From the human T2T-CHM13v2.0 reference genome, Homo sapiens, in assembly GCF_009914755.1 (NCBI RefSeq), contig NC_060933.1: a stretch of DNA of 64,000 nt. One strand, 5' to 3'. The notes beneath the pieces are model-generated. The model was not told the origin of the DNA. It did no database searches and saw nothing but the letters and a program-made list of their open reading frames with translations. Shown here piece after piece: positions 32,470-49,710 of the stretch (position 1 is its first letter; each line of letters opens with the position of its first letter). The position numbers and the translations under genes are program-made.

Positions 32470-32783
32470 GGCAGGCACAGTCGCTCACACCTGTAATCCC
32501 AGCACTTTGAGAAGCTAAGGCAGGAGGATCACTTGATTCTAGGAGTTTGAGACTAGCCTGGGCAACATAGCAAGACCTCATATCTACAAATAATTTTAAA
32601 AATTAGCCAGGCATGCTGACGCGCACCTGTGGTCCTAGCTGCTCGGGAGACTGAGGCAGGAGACTGAGGCTGGAAGATCACTTGAGCCTGGGCAGTCAAG
32701 GCAGCAGTGAGCTGTGATCACACCACTGCACTCTGGCCTGGGTGACAGAGCAAGACCCCAGCTTGGAAAAAAAAAAAAAAAAA
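32470..32783 (+). mobile_element. AluJ
   Basis: Alu consensus match. Confidence 0.88.
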
Positions 32784-33021
32784 GCGTATTTTACATAAGT
32801 TGAGTCAAGGGCTCCAGTGGTGATGGGTGGGACTCTAGCAGCAGGAGGCTAAGAGAGCTTTGTCAGCAGAGAAGTTCTGCTTTTATATGTGTACTATAAT
32901 GTGAGAGTTGGCTGGGGGGATTGGTTGGTCGGGGGGAGGGGGTCCTCTAGACTGTAGGGAAAAAGGTGTTACTGTTTGGGAGAAAATGAGATGGGGGACT
33001 GAGATGTTGCCAAATAGGTTA

Positions 33022-33540
33022 TGTTACAGGACAGGGGTCCCAATCCAGACCCCAAGAGAGGGTTCTTGGATCTCGTGAAAGCAAGTTTATTAAGAAAGTA
33101 GAAGAATAAAAGAACAGCTACTCCACAGACAGAGCAGAGCCGAGGGCTGCTGGTTGCCCATTTTTATGGTTATTTCTTGATGATATGCTAAACAAGGGGT
33201 GGATTATTCATGTCTTTGCTTTTTAGACCATGTAGGTTAGTGTCCTGACATTGCCATGGCATTTGTAAACTGTAATGGTGCTGGTGGGAGTGTAGCGGTG
33301 AGGACAACCAGAGGACATTCTAGTGGCCATCTTGGTTTTGGTGGGTTTTAGCCAGCTTCTTTACTGCAACCTGTTTTATCAGCAGGTCTTTATGACCTGT
33401 ATTTTGTGCTAATCTCCTATCTTATTCTGTGACTTAGAATGTCTTAATAACCATCTGGGAATGCAGCCCAGTAGGTCTCAGCTTCATTTTACCCAGCTCC
33501 TATTCAAGATGGAGTTGCTCTGGTTCACACACCTCTGACA
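33022..33540 (-). mobile_element. MER41A-type ERV1 solo LTR
   Basis: Minus strand starts TGTCAGAGGTGTGTGAACCAGAGCAACTCCATCTTGAATAGG; GTTA TSD at 33018-21 and 33541-44. Confidence 0.85.
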
Positions 33541-33952
33541 GTTATGCCACCATAAGGCTGCCTTCCTAACCGTGTGCTTGCTCCCTCTTTGCTACAAAGC
33601 TTTCTTGTAACTAAATTAGCCAAACCAAGACGTTAAAGATAATATTTTATTAACCAACCCCTTTCCTTTTTTTAGCCTCTATTTTTAAAGGGAAGAATTT
33701 CTATACCCCTAAAATGTTGCTTAATAGAGTATCACTGTCCTCATTTTTCAATGAAGACAAATTAGTGGACAGAGAGATATATTGGCCAGTTTATGGTTAA
33801 ATTCATGATAGTTTCTTGCACTCAGTCCTTGGCATTGTATTATTGTATGTGTCTATCAATTGGCATTCATTACTTATATTTGTTCATTGAGTAAGCACTC
33901 AAGGAAACCAGAGTCTCCTTAAACTAGTTGTAATCACAATTTTGATAGGTTA

Positions 33953-34387
33953 TGTTAAAAGAAAACTTTAGACAAATTAAATTTAACAGAGTTTAATTGA
34001 GCAAAGAATGAAGAATCAGGCACCTCCCAGAACCAGAGTAGTTTCAGAGCAACTCTCAGGGCTGCCATGTGCTTCAATAACGGTTTTGGACAGAAAAAGG
34101 GAAGTGACCTTTTTCTGTCCAAAACTGTCCAAAGGTCATTTTCCTTTTTCTGTCCAAAACTGAAGTACATAAACAGCTGGATTGGTTACAGCTTGGCATT
34201 TGCCTTATTTGAACCTACTTTGAACAATTGGCTGACTGTGGTTGGCTGAGACTTGGTTACTGTTACAATAGTAGGTTACAGTCAGTTTACACATCAAGTT
34301 ATGTTACAGTTCAGTATATAGAGAGAAACCTTTAGGCCAAACTTAAAATATGTACCCAGGCAGCTTTAGGCCAAATTTAATTTATCA
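33953..34387 (-). mobile_element. MER57-family ERV1 solo LTR
   Basis: TG..CA termini; minus strand starts TGATAAATTAAATTTGGCCTAAAGCTGCC. Confidence 0.7.
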
Positions 34388-34894
34388 GTAGATTCCATCT
34401 GTAGCCATCCAAGCTGTACTTGTTCTCAGTGCTTAGAAACTGAGCATACCACTCACTAGGAGGTACCTGAGGAATAATGTATGCTATATGCAGTGATCAG
34501 TACAAAGTGAGTCCTTGATCTCCATGCAATCTGAATTTGTAGCATCTGAATGGAGACCTATGATTTAAATGGCTAATTTTTATAGTCCGTATGTTTTAAC
34601 CACTTTGACTTGCCTCCATTTTGATATATTTGTAGTCAATGAAAAGGAAAAATAAATGGATACAAATCCATTTAGTTTACAAATAAATACATTTGTAGTC
34701 AAGGAAAAATAAATGGATTTTTTAGTGCATTACTATGAAAGAATTTTTACATGTTTTTTCTTCTTTAAAGAATATGTTTATTTCAGGACATCTGAACATT
34801 ATATGCCTTATTGTAGAATCTTCTAATAAAACAACTGTTTACATGCTAATAAGCATTGGGTATCACAATTGGTAATAGGAAGGGGAATGCAAAA

Positions 34895-35202
34895 GTTTTT
34901 TTTTTTTTTTTTTTTTTTTGAGACAGAATTTCGCTCTTGTTGCCCAGGCTGGAGTGTAATGCGCGATCTTGGCTCGCCACAACCTCCACCTCCCAGGTTC
35001 AACTGATTCTCCTGCCTCAGCCTCCCAAGTAGCTGGGATCACAGGCATGCACCACCACGCTCAGCTAATTTTGTATTTTTAGTAGAGACGGGGTTTCTTC
35101 ATGTTGGTCAGGCTGGTCTCAAACTCCTGACCTCAGGTGATCTGCCCGCCTCAGCCTCCCAGAGTGCCTGGAATTACAGGTGTGAACCACTGCACCCGGC
35201 CC
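34895..35202 (-). mobile_element. AluSp-like
   Basis: Alu consensus match. Confidence 0.92.
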
Positions 35203-35225
35203 ACAAAAGCTTTATATTTTATAAT

Positions 35226-35452
35226 ACAGTTTTAGCGTCCCAAATTCCAAATCCAAAATGTCCTAAAATCTGAAACTTTTTGAGTGCCAACATAATGCTC
35301 AAAGGCTATGTTTATAGGAGCATTTCAGATTTCAGATTTTTGGATTTGGAATGCTCAACTCTTAGTATTAGCAAATATTTCAAAACCTGGGGGAAAAAAA
35401 AATCTGAACACTTCTCACCCCAAATATTTTAGATAAGGGATTCTCAGTCTAT
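35226..35452. mobile_element. MER46/Tigger4-like MITE
   Basis: AAAATCTGAAACTTTTTGAGTGCC...GGAGCATTTCAGATTTCAGATTTT. Confidence 0.7.
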
Positions 35453-35640
35453 ACTAGGGTCATAGCCAGAGAAGAGTCTTTGACTTGCTCATATTTTCTA
35501 AAGAGAAATAGCTAAAGAGAAATGAACAAAGTTAAGTGCCTTCATGATAGAATATATGACAAGAAGAAACAGTATGGAATGTAAAAGGTCTTGGTTAAAA
35601 TTGAGTGTTTAATTTGTGTGTTTATTCCCTGAAGACTGAC

Positions 35641-35765
35641 TTTTTTTTTTTTTAAGTAGACACGAGGTTTCACCATGTTGGCCAGGCTGAACTCGAACTC
35701 CTGACCTCTGCCAGCCTTGGCCTCCCAAAGTGCTGGGATTACAGTCATGAGCTACAGCACCGGCC
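35641..35765 (-). mobile_element. Alu left monomer
   Basis: TSD AAGACTGACTTT. Confidence 0.85.
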
Positions 35766-36856
35766 AAGACTGACTTTCTATAGTTTTATGTTTACCACTT
35801 AAACTAACATAGCAATGTGATTATTTATCCAGTTGATAGATTATCAAGCCCCTTCACATCCTGCCCCAAATTTCACCCATTATTTTTGTTATTAATTTAG
35901 GGTATCAGACTAAGTGGAAATAGAAGATGAAGTTCATATCAGTTGTATTCATTACATTTTAAAGATTTATTGGCTAAGACAGAAGAATTGGTATTTTTAA
36001 GCATTGAGTTAAATTTTGCACCAAACTCCAGGTGAAATCTCAGTCAATTTCATTGAAATAAGTAATTATTAAATATCATATTACTCAGTGAAAAACTGAT
36101 TACTTACTGCTGCAAAGAACATAATAAATTAGGAAGGAAAATTTGTTCTAAAATACAACAGGAGAAAGATATTAAATGATTAAAACTTCATTGTTAGCCT
36201 GTTCCTCTCTTTAGATGAGTGTGTACCTATGTGTAGTTTATTTGAAAAATCAGGTAAGTTTGTGATGGCAGAGGTTATTAAGATGAAGATAGTCAAAACA
36301 TAAATGCTATTTTCCAGAATCCAAGCACAATTAAAAGATAGTAAATACTTCAACAGTAGTCCAGGTCTTTTCTTTCTCCTTCCTCCCCATTCCTCATAAA
36401 CACGGTAAAGATCTACTATAAATAGCTGAGAAAACCCCTGCAGTTGTGTATGTTTTTCCCACCATGAGCCATGATACAGCATCACTTCCACAAATAAGGA
36501 TTAGGAATGGCATTGCAGAGAATATGTCTTAGATCAATAAAATCCTTATTAGTAAGAATTGGGATGTAGAAGTAGCTTTGGTATTATAGAACCTTTACTG
36601 GTATTTTGGAAGTGCAGTCTTTGTACTATTTAAGGTCTGAATGATGTATCCTTTCTAGTGGAATTTTAAGTGTAAAAGGTTGAAACCAGAACAGTTAAGT
36701 CCCTTAAAACTAGAAATCATACTCTATTGGTGGGAATTTTGAGAATTATTGCTGGAATTCTTCAGAGAATGTTCAGGAAGCTGGTGTTGTTTGGGGAAAT
36801 AGGGTAAATGGAAAGGAAAAGATCCCAAGTACTTCAAGCTGGCCTAAGGAGGTAAT

Positions 36857-37701
<845 letters not shown>

Positions 37702-37724
37702 ATCATATATATTATATATTTTAA

Positions 37725-38087
<363 letters not shown>

Positions 38088-39217
38088 AAAGTTAACATTT
38101 TCAAACCTCTGTCACATATGTTGGATTCTAATAACAACCCTGTAGAGGTAGCAAGAACAGATAAGGAGGTAGCCTTAGAAAAATTAGGTGTCTTACTCTG
38201 TAAGCTAGTAAACAGTATACTCAAAACTAGCATCTAGATTTTTTAAAGTTTCATAATCTATTTCTGCCTTTTATTTTAATGTCAGGTCCCTAACTTAAGT
38301 AGAGTTTTCCTTTATAGAACCAAAATAATACCTGTTAGAACACCTTGTCTTGTGTAACCAGGTCTGCTGTTACCTGCAAGAACCAAGAAGCTGGACTGGA
38401 TGTGAAAGATAATTTACTATAATTCACGTGTTGTATTAAGAACAAAATTGTCTCTAGGAACAGTCCATGGTTATATTGGGGAATAATATTCCAATCAGAG
38501 CTCTTAATTTCTGAGCAAAAGCAAGATTGTTAAAGATGACAGATAGGAAACTGCGTTCAATTTGCAATTATTTTAAATAGCATCCTCAATGTACAAGACA
38601 CTGTGTTGTATGTCAAAAGAAGATAGCAAATGAATCTGTGACGCCCAGGAATTTACCATCTATTTGGAGAGAGAGACTCCACAGATAATTCTGGGCAGTT
38701 TGCAAAAAGTGCTAGGTGTGAGTAAAAGGAGAAAGAGATGCAGAGGACACAAGGTAAGGCTGCAGAAAAATGAAATGAAACCCAGAGAGACAGGTCTAGA
38801 AAAAACTTAAAGGTAGAAGAGTGGTATGAATAATCACAGTGATAGGAAACCCTGTGAGGAGGGACCAGGGAATGGAGGGAAAATGAACAAGAATCCTGTT
38901 GACTTTCATAGACAATACAGATAATCCCGGGCTGTCTTTATATGTCCTGTTTTTTTGTTCCACATAAATTATCATTTCTTCATTCATTTGCTCTTGTTAC
39001 TTTTTCTTTTTTCTCATTGCATAACTTTTGGTGATCCATGAACAGTAATCAAAGTTGCCTATCAAAAGGAGGTTTCAGTCTATTTTGAATATACATTAAA
39101 TGAAAAGAAAACTAAACTTGGAAAGTTGGCTTAGGGTCTGGATTTCTAGTTTTTAAAAACTGGGTTATTATTTTTGTTATTTTATCAAACAAAAGTAAAC
39201 AGTTACATTTTACAGGT

Positions 39218-39863
<646 letters not shown>

Positions 39864-39930
39864 TCCAGCATTTCTTATAACAGGCTGAGGCTCTGAAGGT
39901 TAATTAGTGATTTGAAAATTGGGTCACCAC

Positions 39931-40258
<328 letters not shown>

Positions 40259-40552
40259 CTAGAGTGGAGTTTTAGTCATTGATAGCTCTTTGTATCACAT
40301 GATAGTATAAAATAACTGTAAACTGTGGCTGTATTGTCGTTTGTTGCCCACAACCATGGTCTTACTGTCTTTAAAGGTGAAAGCAGTAGAGAGCTTTTAT
40401 TACTTCCTTCAATGCCTCTCCAGTTCATGAGGACTCCAGTTCATGCTTTGATTTAAAATTGCCTGCCCTAAAGTATTGAATAATTTTTATTTTTTATTTT
40501 TCATAAACTACACTTGGTCAGAGGTAAATATTTTGTACCCGTTATGAATTAT

Positions 40553-40827
40553 GGGCTGTAAACCCAGTATTTTGGGAGGCCGAGGCTGGAGGATGCCTTG
40601 AGCCCAAAAGTGCTAGACCAACTTGGGCAACATAGTGAGACCCTGTCACTACAAAAAATAGAAAAAATTAGCTAGGCGTGGTGACGTGCTCCTGTAGTTC
40701 CAGCTATTCTGGAGGCTGAGGTGCAAGGATTGTTTAAGCCTGGGAAGTTGAGGCTTCAATGAGCTGTGATTGCACTACTGTACTCCAGCCTGGGCGACAG
40801 AGTGAGACCCTGTCTCAAAAAATAAAA
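40553..40827 (+). mobile_element. AluJ
   Basis: Diverged Alu match. Confidence 0.87.
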
Positions 40828-41396
40828 TTAAGAATTATTGTAATCTACTTGTCTACTGCATTAAGACAAGGTAGTATATATAGCCTCTTCATTTACTTTC
40901 AAACTTGTAATCTAGGGACACAAGGAAGTGAACTGTGTAATAAGTTCTTATACTCGAGATACTTAGAATTTGGGGATATTGTTTCCTTAAAAGCATTCTC
41001 TAAGTAGCATATGATGTTATCCCATAGTAAAGTTTTATGATCTTGCTATGTTGACTACAGATGACTTAGAGCCATTGCAGGAAAATAGGACTTTATGAAA
41101 CTTCAGCAATGTTGCGTTTCTGTTTTGTACACCAAGGGTGGAGTACTGTGGAACACTGTTTACAAAAGTACCTCGTCATCACATACATGAAAGTACGACA
41201 GGAGCTAAATTATGTTAAAGGTTAAAGTGTAATAACCAGGAAATGAAGGCAGTGCCAGAAGAGTTGTAATCACGTAAAGTCTTTTATTTCTAGCAAGTAG
41301 TAATCTATTTTATGTCAGTCCCAAAGGGAAACCCTAAGAAGATAGAGGAGAAATTTTACTTCCTTCAAACAGATTTGCCAGATGTTGATAGGTTTA

Positions 41397-41743
<347 letters not shown>

Positions 41744-42008
41744 TCATAAAAAAATCTTAAGCGTTTTTTGTTTTTTAACTGGGGTTGTGGAAGGGATGAT
41801 ACAGTGATTACTAGTATAATTTGATGCTACTGTTTTTGTTCATGCTAAGCTGCCAGGACTTTTAGTACCCATTATAAAAAATGAGACTCAGAGAAGTTAA
41901 AGTAACTTTCAGAGATTACATTGTTACCGGGGGATCCTTGCTCCCAGAGCTCCCAAGATGGTGGCAGGCCACTTCCAAGATGGCGGTGTGCTGCTTCCAA
42001 GATGGTGG

Positions 42009-43386
42009 TGAGAGGTGACGGCGTGCTGGCAGTCCTCACAGCCCTCGCTCGCTCTCGGTGCCTCCTCTGCCTGGGCTCCCACTTTGGCGGCACTTGAGGA
42101 GCCCTTCAGCCCACCGCTGCACTGTGGTAGCCCCTTTCTGGGCTGGCCAAGTCTGGAGCCAGCTCCCGCAGCTTGCAGGGAGGTGTGGAGGGAGAGGCGT
42201 GAGCGGGAACCCGGGCTGCGCGAGGCGCTTGCGGGCCAGCTGGAGTTCCGGGTGGGCGTGGGCTTGGCGGGCCCTGCACTCAGATTAGCTGGCCGGCCCT
42301 GCCGCCCCGGGCAATGAGGGGCTTAGCACCCAGGCCAGCGGCTGCAGAGGGTGTACTGGGTCCCCCAGCAGTGCCAGCCCACTGGCGCTGCGCTTGATTT
42401 CTCCCCGGGCCTTAGCTGCCTTCCTGCGGGGCAGAGCTCGGGACCTGCAGTCCGCCATGCCTGGGCCTCCCACCCCTCCCTGGACTCCTGTGCAACCTGA
42501 GCCTCCCCTACCAGCGCCACCCCCTGCTCCACGGAGCCCAGTCCCATCAACCACCCAAGGGCTGAGGAGTGAGGGCACACGGCACGGGACTGGCAGGCAG
42601 CTCCATCTGCAGCCCCGGAGTGGGATCCACGGGGTGAAGCCAGCTGGGCTCCTGAGTCTGGTGGGGACGTGGAGAACCTTTATGTCTAGCTCAGGGATTG
42701 TAAATACACCAATCAGCACCCTGTGTCTAGCTCAGGGTTTGTGAATGCACCAATCGACACTGTATCTAGCTACTCTGGTGGGGCCTTGGAGAACCTTTGT
42801 ATAGACACTCTGTATCTAGCTAATCTGGTGGGGACGTGGAGAACCTTTGTGTCTAGCTTAGGGATTGTAAACGCACCAGTCAGCGCCCTGTCAACACAGA
42901 CCACTGGGCTCTACCAATCAGCAGGATGTGGGTGGGGCCAGAGAAGAGAATAAAAGCAGGCTGCCCCAGCCAGCAGTGGCAACCTGCTGGGGTCCCCTTC
43001 CACACTGTGGAAGCTTGGTTCTTTGCAATAAATCTTGCTGCTGCTCACTCTTTGGGTCTACACTGCCTTTATAAGCTTTAACACTCACCGCAAAGGTCTA
43101 CAGCTTCATTCCTGAAGCCAGCGAGACCACAAGCCCACCGGGAGCAATAAACAACTCCAGACGCGCCGCCTTAAGAGCTGTAACGCTCACCGTGAAGGTC
43201 TGCAGCCTCACTCTTGAGCCAGCGAGACCACGAACCCACCAGAAGGAAGAAACTCCGAGCACATCTGAACATCAGAAGGAACAAACTCCAGACACGCCGC
43301 CTTTAAGAACTGTAACACTCACCGCGAGGGTCCATGGCTTCATTCTTGAAGTCAGTGAGACCAAGAACCCACCAATTCCGGATACA
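42009..43386 (+). mobile_element. ERV9 solo LTR, LTR12C
   Basis: Starts TGAGAGGTGACGGCGTGCTGGCAGTCC, ends CCAATTCCGGATACA; GTGG TSD at 42005-08 and 43387-90; CpG-rich U3 and TCTAGCT/CCAAT repeats. Confidence 0.93.
42700..42985 (+). promoter_or_regulatory. LTR12C core promoter
   Basis: CCAAT at 42709, 42750 and 42914; GGGTGGGG at 42930-37; TATA-like AATAAAA at 42949-55; TSS expected near 42980. Confidence 0.7.
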
Positions 43387-43589
43387 GTGGCAAGCCTTGT
43401 GTTCTCTGACCTGGGGTGCTTGGCCTCACGGATTCCAAGGAATGAAATCTTGGGCCATGTGGTGAGTGTTATAGCTCTACTAGAAGCTGTGGGTCACGGA
43501 AGAGAACTGTGGAACCCAGTGACTAGTGTTTAGCTCAGTTAGGACGAACCCGGGCACTTAGCCGTGCAGGAACAATGGCAAGCCTTTAG

Positions 43590-43715
<126 letters not shown>

Positions 43716-44171
43716 TGAAAGCTCAGCTCGAGCAGTAACAAACAGACCAGAAGAGAGTGCAGTTGTAAGATTTAATAGAGTGGAAACAGAGCTCCCATAC
43801 AAAGATAGGGGACCCAAAGAGGGTAGCCATTGCCGGCTTGAATGCCTGGGTTTATATCCCAATTATTGTCCCTCCCACTGCGCTCTCAGGCAATAGATGA
43901 TTGGCTATTTCTTTACCTCCTGTTTTTGCCTAATTAGCATTTTAGTGAGCTCTCTTTACTACCTGATTCGTCGGGTGTGAGTTTAGTTGCAAGCCTGATG
44001 TTTAAAGGTGGATGCGGTCACCTTCCCAGCTAGGCTTAGGGATTCTTAGTCAGCCTAGGAAATTCAGCTAGTCCTGTCTGTCAGTATGACAAGGACATGT
44101 CAAGGGCGGGCTAGAATCAAGGTCTCCAGTTTCCCAAACTAGTGTTCTTTTCCTACTATTTTATTGCCAGT

Positions 44172-44387
44172 GCTCAAGTGATCATCCCACCTCAGCCTCT
44201 GAGTAGCTGGGACTACTACACTCTGGTAGGTGGTGTGCACCCCTACACCTGGCTAATTTTTGTTTTTTGTATAGATGGGGTCTCTCTATGTTGCCCAGGC
44301 TGTTCTCTAACTCCTGGGCTCAGGCAATTCTCCTGCCTGGGCCTCCCAAGGTGCTGGGTTTACAGGCATGAGCCACTGTGCCCACCC
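44172..44387 (-). mobile_element. Partial AluJ
   Basis: Diverged Alu match. Confidence 0.82.
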
Positions 44388-44546
44388 AATAGTAGTATTT
44401 TTAAGAAGTATATTGTTTCCTTTATCAAGAAACATGTAAACAGTGGTGACCTGTGTTTTTATTTGACCATAGTTTCCACTAAAATGATTAGTTGTGGTAT
44501 ATGTATGGTCAGAATTGTTTGAGTGATTGTTTCTGGGAATTGTGTG

Positions 44547-44984
44547 TGTTAAAGTGAACTAAAGATAGCTTGATAATGACTCCCTATTTCTATATTTGAG
44601 TCCTTGTGGATGAACTGCAACCTAATTTAATAGGTAGACAAGATTGAAAACCTAAGTTTAACTAACAGGAGTATGCGCCTGTAACAATAGCTGAGTCTTG
44701 GCCAATCCCAGCAGCCATACTTCAACCATTCATACACTGCTGAGTGTTCAAACTGTTCAAATAAGGCAAATGCTAACCTGTAACCAATCCAGCTGTTTCT
44801 ATACCTCCCTTCCTATTTCTGTACTGCACTTTACTTTTTTTGTCTATAAATTTGTTCTGACCATGAGGCATGCCTGGAGTCTCTCTGAATCTGCTGTGAT
44901 TCTGGGGGCTGCCTGATTCGTGAATCATTCATTGCTCAATTAAACTCCTTTAAATGTAATTCAGCTGAATTTTTTCTTTTAACA
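44547..44984 (+). mobile_element. MER57A-like ERV1 solo LTR
   Basis: TGTTAAAGTGAACTAA...TCTTTTAACA; TGTG TSD at 44543-46 and 44985-88; CCAAT and ATTAAA present. Confidence 0.75.
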
Positions 44985-45149
44985 TGTGTATTCCATAAAG
45001 AAATGAAAAGAAGGCAAAACTATCATCATTTTGACATTTCTGAAGTTTTCTTAGCAATGGACTCATAAAATACAATATAGCCATTTTTAAGGGAAATTTG
45101 GAAAAATTTATATTTAGGAGAATTTAAAATTTTTCCTTACCATTTTAGG

Positions 45150-45650
45150 GAGGTTTGAATTTTTCCCCTGAAGTTTTGGTAATCTGAATCTATAAAACAA
45201 ACATAATACATAGATTAACAAGGGAGAAGGGTGTACAAATTTTATTGTGTGCATACGTGTGCACAGGAGTCATGACTATAAAAAAAACGCAAAGGCAAGA
45301 TGGTTAACGCTTTTGTATCATCTTGATGTTACAGAGAGAATGGGGGGCTCAGATTGTGGCAAAGCAGGATATTGTGGAAAGACAGTTATGAGTGGGGGAG
45401 AAGAGGAGAAACCTGGGCAAAGGCAGTCTTGTTATGCAGATGAAACCTCACAGGTGGTAGCCCCACAGGGCCTCTGGTAAATGTTTCTGTCAGACCTTTA
45501 AAGTTTTAGAGCTGAGTTGATCTTTCCTAGATCCAGACAAGGGCGGGATTCAGAGAAAGCCTGTTTATATCTGTTGTTTACTTCACTTTATTTCCTCTGC
45601 AGATGCAAATCATCCTCACAAAAGACAGCTTTGCTGGCCGTTTGTAAGAT
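45150..45650 (-). mobile_element. ERV1 MER4-group LTR fragment
   Basis: Resembles the LTR at 28169-28687; minus-strand AATAAA near 45241. Confidence 0.45.
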
Positions 45651-46737
45651 GTTCAAAATACTTAATAAGTTTTGTGCCACCCTCTGGCTTGTTTTTTCAT
45701 TCTTTTAAGAGTGTGTTTTGAAGAGGAGACATTTTTTATTCTGGAGAGGGCCCATTTAACAAATTATTCTTTCTAGATCATGGTTTTGTTGTTGTAGATA
45801 AGATGTCTTTGCCTAGCTGAGGGTTCTTCTTCTAGAAGTTGTATAATTCTTGATTTTATATTTGAATTTATGTTCTATTTCTTGTTAATTTTAGGGATAG
45901 TCAGTTTTTCCAACATTGTTTGTTGAAAAGACTGTCTTTTCTCTATTCAGTTTCCTTTCTACTATCTTGAAAATCAGTTGGTCATATATGTACGTGGGTC
46001 TGTTTCTGGTCTTTATTCCATTGATCTGTGTGTCCTTTCACCAGTACTACACTACCTTGATCACTACCTTGTGATAAGTCTTGAAATCACATAGTGAGAA
46101 TTCTCCAACCTCATTTTTCATTTTCATAACTCTTTTGGCTGTTGTAATTTCTTTGCTTTTTCTTATACAAAGTAATTAATCATTGCTAGAAACATAAAAA
46201 TACAGTTTATGTTTGTTTACTGACCCCATATATTGTGATTTTATTAAACTCACTGTTTATGTCCAGTTCATTTTAAAAAATAGATTCATTGGTGTTTTCT
46301 ATATAGACAGTGATTTTTTCTTCTAAATAAAGACACTTATTCTTTTCAATCTCTATGACCTTTCTTTTTTTTTTTTTTTTTTTTTTGGCTGCCATTGCAC
46401 TGCCTAGGACCTCCAATATCATGCTGAAAAGGAGTGTTGAGAGCAGATATTCTTGCCCTGTTTCTGATCTTACAGGGAAGGTATTCAGTCTTTCATCATT
46501 AAGTAGGAAATTAGCTGTAGTTTCTTTGTAGTTATCTGTTTTTAGGTTGAGAGTGTTTCCTTCAGTTCATAGTTTACTGAGAGTTGTTATAAACGGATGT
46601 TATATTTTTGTAAAGCTTTTTTCACATCTAATAACATCATCATATGGTTTTTCTTAGAACATTGCTTTAGTGAATTTTTTTTATTGGCTTTGAATATACT
46701 GAATTAGCCTTGTATTCCCAGGATAAATCCATTGCTG

Positions 46738-46738
<1 letters not shown>

Positions 46739-46774
<36 letters not shown>

Positions 46775-46775
46775 T
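46739..46775. repeat. (TA)n(GA)n compound microsatellite
   Basis: Visible directly in the sequence. Confidence 0.9.
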
Positions 46776-47259
46776 GCATGCAAGAGAATGAGCATGCGAG
46801 AGAGTGAGCAAGCGTGTGTGCAAGATGTTTATATATTGCTGGATTTGATTTGCTAACATTTTGTCATGGATTTTTACATCTTTGTTCATTAGAAATACTC
46901 ATCTGTCATTTTCTTGTTTGCTTTTTTTTTGTCTTGATATTAGAGCCTTATCAAATGAGTTGAAAAATATTTCTTCCTATTTGTTTTTCTGGAAGGATTT
47001 GTATATGATCAGTATTATTTCTTAAATATTTGATAGAATTTACCAGTAAAGCCATTTGGGCCTGGAGTTTTCCTTAAAAAAAAAAAAAAATTAGGAGAGT
47101 TTTTTTAGAGTTATGATTAAATTTTTCTTTAATGGATAGAGGAGTATATTTATTTCTTCTTCAGTGAGTTTTGATATTCTTTCTTTGCAAAACTTTGGCT
47201 ATTTCTACAGAGTTGTTGGGCTTATATGCATAGAGTTAAATCTAAAATTTTCCCATTAT

Positions 47260-48096
<837 letters not shown>

Positions 48097-48555
48097 TCTT
48101 ATTATTCTTTCAATGTCTGTTAGATCTATAGTGCTGTACCATCTTTTATTCCTGATGTTTCAGTGTATGTATTTATGAATTATATTGATCTTTTCAAAGA
48201 GCCTGCGTTTGGCTGCATTGATTTTATTTTTCTGTTTTCAATATCATTGATTCTGTTCTTATTACAGCACCCCTTTGTTTGCTTTGAGTTTAATTTACTG
48301 TTCTATTTTCTAAAGGTAAAAGTTTAGATAACTTTTTTGTTTAATATAATTTGTAATCATGTATTAAAATAAATTTCTCAAGGACTTCTTTAGCTCCGTT
48401 TTGTAAATTTTGATGCATTTTCATTGTCATTCAATCAAAATATTTTCTTTTTGTGTGTGTGAATTCCTCTTTGATCTGTGGGTTATTTAGAAGTGTTTTA
48501 TTTTCTAAATATTTGAGCATTTTCTAGATATTTTCTGTTATTGATTTTTTGTTAA

Positions 48556-48985
<430 letters not shown>

Positions 48986-49485
48986 TGAAGACAATGTATT
49001 GCTCTTGTATAGAGTGTTCTAAAATTGTCATTTTGGCTGATAACGTTCATACAGAATAAGTACCTCACGATCCTTATAATAATATACTTCCAATTCCTCC
49101 CGGCCAATTTTGTATTATTGTTGTCATACATTTTACTTTTACATATTCTATAAATCCATAATATATTTCCACTATTTTGCCTGTAGACTCTCAATTCTAT
49201 TCTGATGACCTATATACGTCTATTCTTATGTCAGTACTACACAGTCTGGGTTACTGTAGGTTTGTAGTGTGTTTTGAAATCAATACATGTGAATCCTCAC
49301 ATTTTATTGTTCCTTTTCAAGATTGTTTTGGCTATCCTGGGTGCCTAGAATTTCTGTATGAACTTTAGGATTAGCTTGTCAATTTCTGCAAAAAAAGCCA
49401 GCTGGAATTTTAATAGAGAGTTCATTGAGTCTGTAGATCAGTTTGGGGAGTATTGCTATCTTCTCAATATTCTCAATATTAAGTC

Positions 49486-49710
49486 TTTTTTTTTTTTTTT
49501 CCTGAGATGGAGTCCCACTCTTGCCCAGGCTGAAGTACTGTGGCACATCTCCCAGGCATGCCACCACACCCAGCTAAATTTGTGTATTTTTAGTAGAGAT
49601 GGGGTTTCACCATGTTGGCCAGACTGGTCTCAAACTCGTGATCTCAGGTGATCTGCCCGCCTCAGCCTCCCAAACTGGTGGGATTACAGGCCTGAGCACT
49701 ACTCCCGGCC
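49486..49710 (-). mobile_element. AluS with internal deletion
   Basis: Alu match; TSD CAATATTAAGTCTTTT. Confidence 0.87.

Noticed and set aside
32910-32945. G-rich tract with possible G-quadruplex
   Set aside because: Only three long G runs; common low-complexity sequence with no other support.
33022-33540. MER41 as an interferon-gamma/STAT1 enhancer
   Set aside because: The segment that carries tandem GAS motifs (TTCCNGGAA) in MER41B is absent around 33210-33225, so this is the MER41A-type configuration.
41872-42953. Cluster of overlapping GC-rich ORFs and CpG-island-like composition
   Set aside because: Explained by the GC-rich LTR12C U3 region; not a gene or a host CpG-island promoter.
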